Below, piece after piece: positions 58,751-64,000 of a stretch of DNA of 64,000 nt. The stretch is from Trueperaceae bacterium (GTDB lineage Bacteria; Deinococcota; Deinococci; Deinococcales; Trueperaceae), in the NCBI GenBank assembly GCA_965213925.1, contig OZ243927.1:4128001-4192000 (forward strand), given 5' to 3'. The position numbers and the translations under genes were made by a program. Position 1 is the first letter of the stretch; each line of letters begins with the position of its first letter. A model generated the notes under the pieces. That model was not told the DNA's origin, searched no databases, and saw only the letters and a list, made by a program, of their open reading frames with translations.

Positions 58751-59452
58751 CTAGGCGGCGTCAGCATCTAAAATCAGGCGCGGCTTAAAAGCTAAAGCGT
58801 CCGCCGCGACGAAGTGGATAGCAATTTCGCTGAGTTCTTCGATCACCCTCGTGCTCCCGTGCAGATGTCCGAAGACTAGAGCGTCGGGTGCGTAGCCCAG
58901 CAAGAGGTCCGTGAAACCGGAGGGCTCGAGCTTCAGATTCGTCGGCGGATAGTGGAGCATGACGACGGTTTTTGTACCCTCGTCGGAGAGCTTTTTCGCC
59001 GCATCTAGCGAGAGCTTGAGCCGCTCTAGTTCGCGCTGATACACCTTCTCGTCCTGTGTGCTAAAGTCCGTGCTACCTGGCGTCGTCCAGCCGCGCGTGC
59101 CCGCCACGACAACGTTTTCAAAGCGCAAGGCGTCGTTCTGAACGGCGTACATCCCCTCGGGTAGCGCGCGGCGCAGCTTGCTGATGGAGGGCCACCAATA
59201 GTCGTGGTTGCCGCGCAGCAAAACCTTCTTGCCGGGCAAAGCGGCGATGTCGCGCAGGTCCTCTAAAGCGCCCTCTAAGCGCATCGCCCACGAGATGTCA
59301 CCGGGGATAAGCACGAGGTCGCCCGCGCAGACGGTTTCACGCCACCTTTCGAAAAACGCTTCGGGATGACTCGCCCAGTTCTCACCGAATACCGTCATCG
59401 GTTTGGGCTCGGCTTTGGAGAGGTGGGGGTCGGCGATGGCGAAGACGCGCAT
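58751..59452 (-). CDS. Calcineurin-like metallophosphoesterase
   Basis: IADPHLS, PGDISWA, RGNHDYWW, LHYPP, FGHLH. Confidence 0.92.
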   Translation of the reverse strand: MRVFAIADPHLSKAEPKPMTVFGENWASHPEAFFERWRETVCAGDLVLIPGDISWAMRLEGALEDLRDIAALPGKKVLLRGNHDYWWPSISKLRRALPEGMYAVQNDALRFENVVVAGTRGWTTPGSTDFSTQDEKVYQRELERLKLSLDAAKKLSDEGTKTVVMLHYPPTNLKLEPSGFTDLLLGYAPDALVFGHLHGSTRVIEELSEIAIHFVAADALAFKPRLILDADAA

Positions 59453-59660
59453 GAGACGCTAGTCTAACAAACGAGGTTGAGGCGGAGTATGAAGTCAGTC
59501 GCACGAGATAAGGAGGGAGCACGCTGTTTTGAGACGACTCTCTCGAGATAAACGTAGGGGAAGTTGAAGTTTACCGCTCTGTTACTCGTGGTACTCGTCG
59601 GTTGTCAAACAAGCCCAGACGCTCCAAGTTCGGGTTCTGGCGAGCAAGAGGGCAGTCACT

Positions 59661-59997
59661 ACGGCTTTCATGAGGTTCACGTCAACACGGTTGAAGGGTT
59701 CTGGTCGCTGCTCAGGTCGTGGCTTCGTCCACACCAGGGGGTCTCGCAAGAAAAGTTGCCGCTCTACTTGAGCTTCTTCGAGTTCGTTCACAACGCCCGG
59801 GCTAGAGGTAATACGAGGTTGCACGGCTTAGTTTTGCAAACTAAGCCGTGCCCATCTGTGATGGGACGTAAACTCGGCGCTCCGCTGAAAAGCTCTAACG
59901 CCCTCAGTTAGGGTAAGTAAACTGTGCAATTCCGTATAAGACGCTGCTGCCTTCGCTACTCGAAGTTCTGCTAGCCCCTTGAAACGCAGATAGAGCC
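59661..59997 (+). pseudogene. IS1595-family transposase 3' remnant with right end, interrupted by a MITE
   Basis: GFHEVHVNTVEGFWSLLRSWLRPHQGVSQEKLPLYL.FFEFVHN..ARG continues KTLLPSLLEVLLAP* once 59812-59939 is removed. Followed by ...ATAGAGCC, a GGCTCT-type end. Confidence 0.85.
59812..59936 (+). mobile_element. MITE family B copy 2
   Basis: TACGAGGTTGCAC...GTGCAATTCCGTA with an exact TAA duplication (59809-59811, 59937-59939). Confidence 0.88.
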
Positions 59998-60083
59998 TAA
60001 CTCAAGTAGGTACGAGCGCTTACCCAACAGCTTCTTGTTCCTCCCGCTTTCTCTCCGACCCCGCTTCATGACAAGATAGAGCT

Positions 60084-60746
60084 ATGGCAGATAGACCCCC
60101 GGATAAACCTCTCGTCGGCGTGCTCGCCCTCCAAGGCGCGTTCCGCGAACACAGATGGGCGCTGGAGCGTCTGGGGAGCGAGGTGAGAGAGGTGCGGTTG
60201 CCGAGTCACCTGCTGGGGCTCGCTGGCGTCGTCATCCCCGGCGGCGAGTCCACGACGATGGCGAAGCTCATGGCGGCGTATGGTCTGGGCGAAGCGCTCA
60301 AAGCGTTTTACGACCAGGGCGGCGCGATCTGGGGAACGTGCGCGGGCGCGATCGCCGTCGCGACCGATATTGCGGGGCACCCCGAACAGCCCCGCTTGGG
60401 GCTCTTAGAGATGAGCGTCGAGCGCAACGCCTACGGACGTCAGGTCGCCTCGTTCGAAGCGGACGTGAGCGTGACCTCTTTCGCCGAGCCTTTCCGCGCT
60501 ATCTTCATCCGTGCGCCGCGCATCGCGTCCGTCGGCGAAGACATAGAGGTGCTGGCGCAACACGGAGACGACCCGATTATGGTCTCAAAGGGACGCCTCA
60601 TGGCGACGGTCTTTCACCCCGAACTCGCTCTGGACGACCGCGTGCACGAGTATTTTTTAGAAGAAGTTCTCCCCCGCGCCAGCTCAGACGTTAGCGCAAA
60701 CCTCCCTACAATAAACGCTGCACTACGAGGCGACCCAACAGAATAG
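60084..60746 (+). CDS. pdxT: PLP synthase glutaminase subunit
   Basis: GVLALQGAFREH, PGGESTT, GTCAG, RNAYGRQ..SFE, FIRAP, FHPEL. Confidence 0.96.
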   Translation: MADRPPDKPLVGVLALQGAFREHRWALERLGSEVREVRLPSHLLGLAGVVIPGGESTTMAKLMAAYGLGEALKAFYDQGGAIWGTCAGAIAVATDIAGHPEQPRLGLLEMSVERNAYGRQVASFEADVSVTSFAEPFRAIFIRAPRIASVGEDIEVLAQHGDDPIMVSKGRLMATVFHPELALDDRVHEYFLEEVLPRASSDVSANLPTINAALRGDPTE

Positions 60747-61095
60747 CCGCAAACCCTAAGAGTAAGTTCCCAAAGAGGTACATACCGACCCAGCCCCACT
60801 GACCCGCCTGCACGAGCCGGTAGTTGTCCAGTTCGAAGGTCGAGAAGGTCGTGAACGAGCCAAGAAAGCCCGTACCGATAGCGAGCTGCAAGGCGGGAGA
60901 GAGGTGGGACGTATTGGCGTGAAAGAGCGCGGAGAGTAGAAACGAGCCGAGGACGTTGACGAGCAGCGTGGCGAGGGGGAAGCTCGAGTACGCCGTCCCC
61001 TGCGTCATTACCTGCACCAGCAAAGAGGTGAGGTAGCGGCAGAGCGCGCCCAACGCGCCGCCTGTCATCACGCCGATAAGTGCAGAGACGGACAT
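60706..61095 (-). CDS. crcB: Fluoride channel CrcB/Fluc
   Basis: GGALGALCRY, FP.ATLLVN.LGSF, GTGFLGSFTTFSTF. Confidence 0.95.
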   Translation of the reverse strand: MSVSALIGVMTGGALGALCRYLTSLLVQVMTQGTAYSSFPLATLLVNVLGSFLLSALFHANTSHLSPALQLAIGTGFLGSFTTFSTFELDNYRLVQAGQWGWVGMYLFGNLLLGFAAILLGRLVVQRLL

Positions 61096-61226
61096 GCGCG
61101 TCCCAACCTACCACGTCTCACGTCACCGAGAAGGTCGGGGGGTAGCGTGTACAATACCCTCAGCTCGAGGAGCAGCGTTTCTATAGTCAACGTAAAGCAG
61201 AATCCACCCTCACGAAAAGGAGAACC

Positions 61227-61811
61227 ATGAATTTATTCCACCTACCCGTCGGCGAAAAAGCGCCTGATATCGTTCAAGCGGTGATCGAAGTGCCGATGAA
61301 CAGCGCGAACAAGTACGAGTACGACCCTAAGCAGGGCATCTTCAGGCTCGACCGCGTGCTTTACAGCCCGCTCCACTACCCCGGCGACTACGGTTTTATT
61401 CCAAGCACTCTAGCCGAAGACGGCGACCCAATCGACGTGATCGTTTTGGTCAACGCGCCGACCTTTCCCGGTGCGGTGTTGCAGGTGCGCCCGTTAGGAT
61501 ACCTGGAGATGAGCGACGAAAAGGGCGGCGACCAGAAGCTTTTAGCCGTCCCCGCCGACGACCCCCGCTTCGACGGCAACCGCCATCTGGACAGCATCTC
61601 GCGCCACCGCCTGCGCGAAATCGAGCACTTCTTTAATATCTATAAAGAGTTAGAGGGTAAAGAGACCAAAGTAGACGGCTGGCGCGGCGAAAAAGAGATG
61701 CACAAGCTCATCCAGGATGGTATCGAGACCTTTAAGGAAACGAGTGACGAGGTGATTCATCAAGGAGCGGCGGCACCGGACGAGCAGCCAGAGGTCGAGA
61801 CGGCAAGCTAA
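61227..61811 (+). CDS. ppa: Family I inorganic pyrophosphatase
   Basis: VIEVP....KYE.D, LDRVL, YP.DYGFIP.TL.EDGDP.D, M.DE.G.D.K, HFF..YKELE. Confidence 0.96.
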   Translation: MNLFHLPVGEKAPDIVQAVIEVPMNSANKYEYDPKQGIFRLDRVLYSPLHYPGDYGFIPSTLAEDGDPIDVIVLVNAPTFPGAVLQVRPLGYLEMSDEKGGDQKLLAVPADDPRFDGNRHLDSISRHRLREIEHFFNIYKELEGKETKVDGWRGEKEMHKLIQDGIETFKETSDEVIHQGAAAPDEQPEVETAS

Positions 61812-61821
61812 AGTTTAGCTC

Positions 61822-62355
61822 GTGTCTTCTACCCGCATCCATATCTTTGGCGCATCGGGTTCCGGCACGACGACGTTAGGGAAAGCCTTAGCAGAAAAGT
61901 TATCCGTCAAGCACCTCGACGCTGACGACTACTACTGGCAGCAGTCCAACCCGCCCTATACGCTTAAACGTCCACCGGAGGAGCGGGTTCGCCTGTTGCT
62001 GAGTGATATGACGAATGCAGGTGAATGGGTTTTGTCGGGTTCGGTGGTGAGTTGGGGCGAGACCTTCATCCCGCTCTTCTCGCTCGCTGTTTTCGTGACA
62101 CTTTCCCAAGAGGTCCGTATGCAGCGCTTAGAGCGTAGAGAAAGAGCGCGTTACGGCTCCCGCATTGAAGCCGGTGGCGATATGCACGCACAGAGTCAGG
62201 CGTTTTTGGCGTGGGCGGCTCAATATGACACAGCGGATATGAACATGCGGAGTAGAGAGATGCATGAACGGTGGCTCGAGAAGTTGCCCTGCCCGGTCGT
62301 CCGCGTTCAAACGTCCAAATCGCCAGAAGAGATAGCGGACGACCTCTTACTTTGA
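61822..62355 (+). CDS. P-loop NMP kinase-like (AAA) protein
   Basis: IHIFGASGSGTTTLG, D.DDYYW, WVLSGS, RL..RE..RYG, F..WA..YD. Confidence 0.85.
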   Translation: MSSTRIHIFGASGSGTTTLGKALAEKLSVKHLDADDYYWQQSNPPYTLKRPPEERVRLLLSDMTNAGEWVLSGSVVSWGETFIPLFSLAVFVTLSQEVRMQRLERRERARYGSRIEAGGDMHAQSQAFLAWAAQYDTADMNMRSREMHERWLEKLPCPVVRVQTSKSPEEIADDLLL

Positions 62356-62367
62356 ATTTAACCGCTA

Positions 62368-62598
62368 GTACACCGTTAATTAAGTATCGATACTCTCTTA
62401 CTGATGTCACCCTGTTCACGCAGTAGAGCGAAGCTTCGGCGAAGGCGTAAGGGTCTCGGTTGACTACGTCAAAACTTCGTAACTTTCAATCTCAGCAAGT
62501 GGAGTCAGCAAGGGCAGAGATTCTTACGCTCCACGGAGCCTGCCCTGGTGAGGGTTCCGCTCAGAATGACATGCTTTATTTTTAACTTAACGCTGTAC
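62368..62598 (-). mobile_element. MITE family A copy 5 (reverse orientation)
   Basis: CTAGTACACCGTTAA...TTAACGCTGTACTAG. Core very similar to copy 4 (GTCACCCTGTTCACGCAGT...CAGAATGAC). Confidence 0.9.
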
Positions 62599-62604
62599 TA
62601 GTGC

Positions 62605-62648
62605 AAAAAGAAGAGGTGATAGATAGACGCTATCACCTCTTCTTTTTT
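62605..62648. terminator. Bidirectional terminator after lipA
   Basis: AAAAAGAAGAGGTGATAG...CTATCACCTCTTCTTTTT. Confidence 0.8.
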
Positions 62649-62657
62649 ACTCGACTC

Positions 62658-64000
<1,343 letters not shown>

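Noticed and set aside
61096..61226. Fluoride riboswitch upstream of crcB or ppa
   Set aside because: The GGNGATG...TGATG core is not present on either strand.

Overview
64 kb of GC-rich bacterial chromosome, most likely Deinococcota (Truepera/Deinococcus-like). This is inferred from the Thermus-type ferredoxin, homodimeric AceE and many -10 boxes sitting directly in front of start codons. The backbone is housekeeping: guaB, rbfA, mutY, PBP1A, uvrB, aceE/aceF, glgA, a tRNA nucleotidyltransferase, trmL, pdxT, crcB, ppa, lipA and lipB. Metal homeostasis is prominent: a yybP-ykoY (Mn2+) riboswitch ahead of a YrbG antiporter, two tandem CDF transporters, and a znuABC-zur-yibE/F-zrgABCD zinc island. 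No rRNA, tRNA or CRISPR array was seen. The unexplained structure is mostly non-coding. (1) An orphan MamA-like adenine methyltransferase coincides with strong over-representation of the palindrome CTCGAG, also in promoters, and apparent absence of GAGCTC. (2) Several families of tiny TIR-bounded MITEs with TA/TWA target duplications occur. One carries a REP-like palindromic core (5 copies), one has a covarying hairpin (2 copies), one has knocked out a HigB toxin, and one copy supplies the mutY stop codon. (3) Inverted heptamer-repeat arrays lie between genes. (4) An accessory gene is bracketed by two synonymous versions of the glgA 3' end. (5) aceF is frameshifted inside a 66-bp repeat linker. 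All coordinates, counts and family assignments were made by eye, without database searches.
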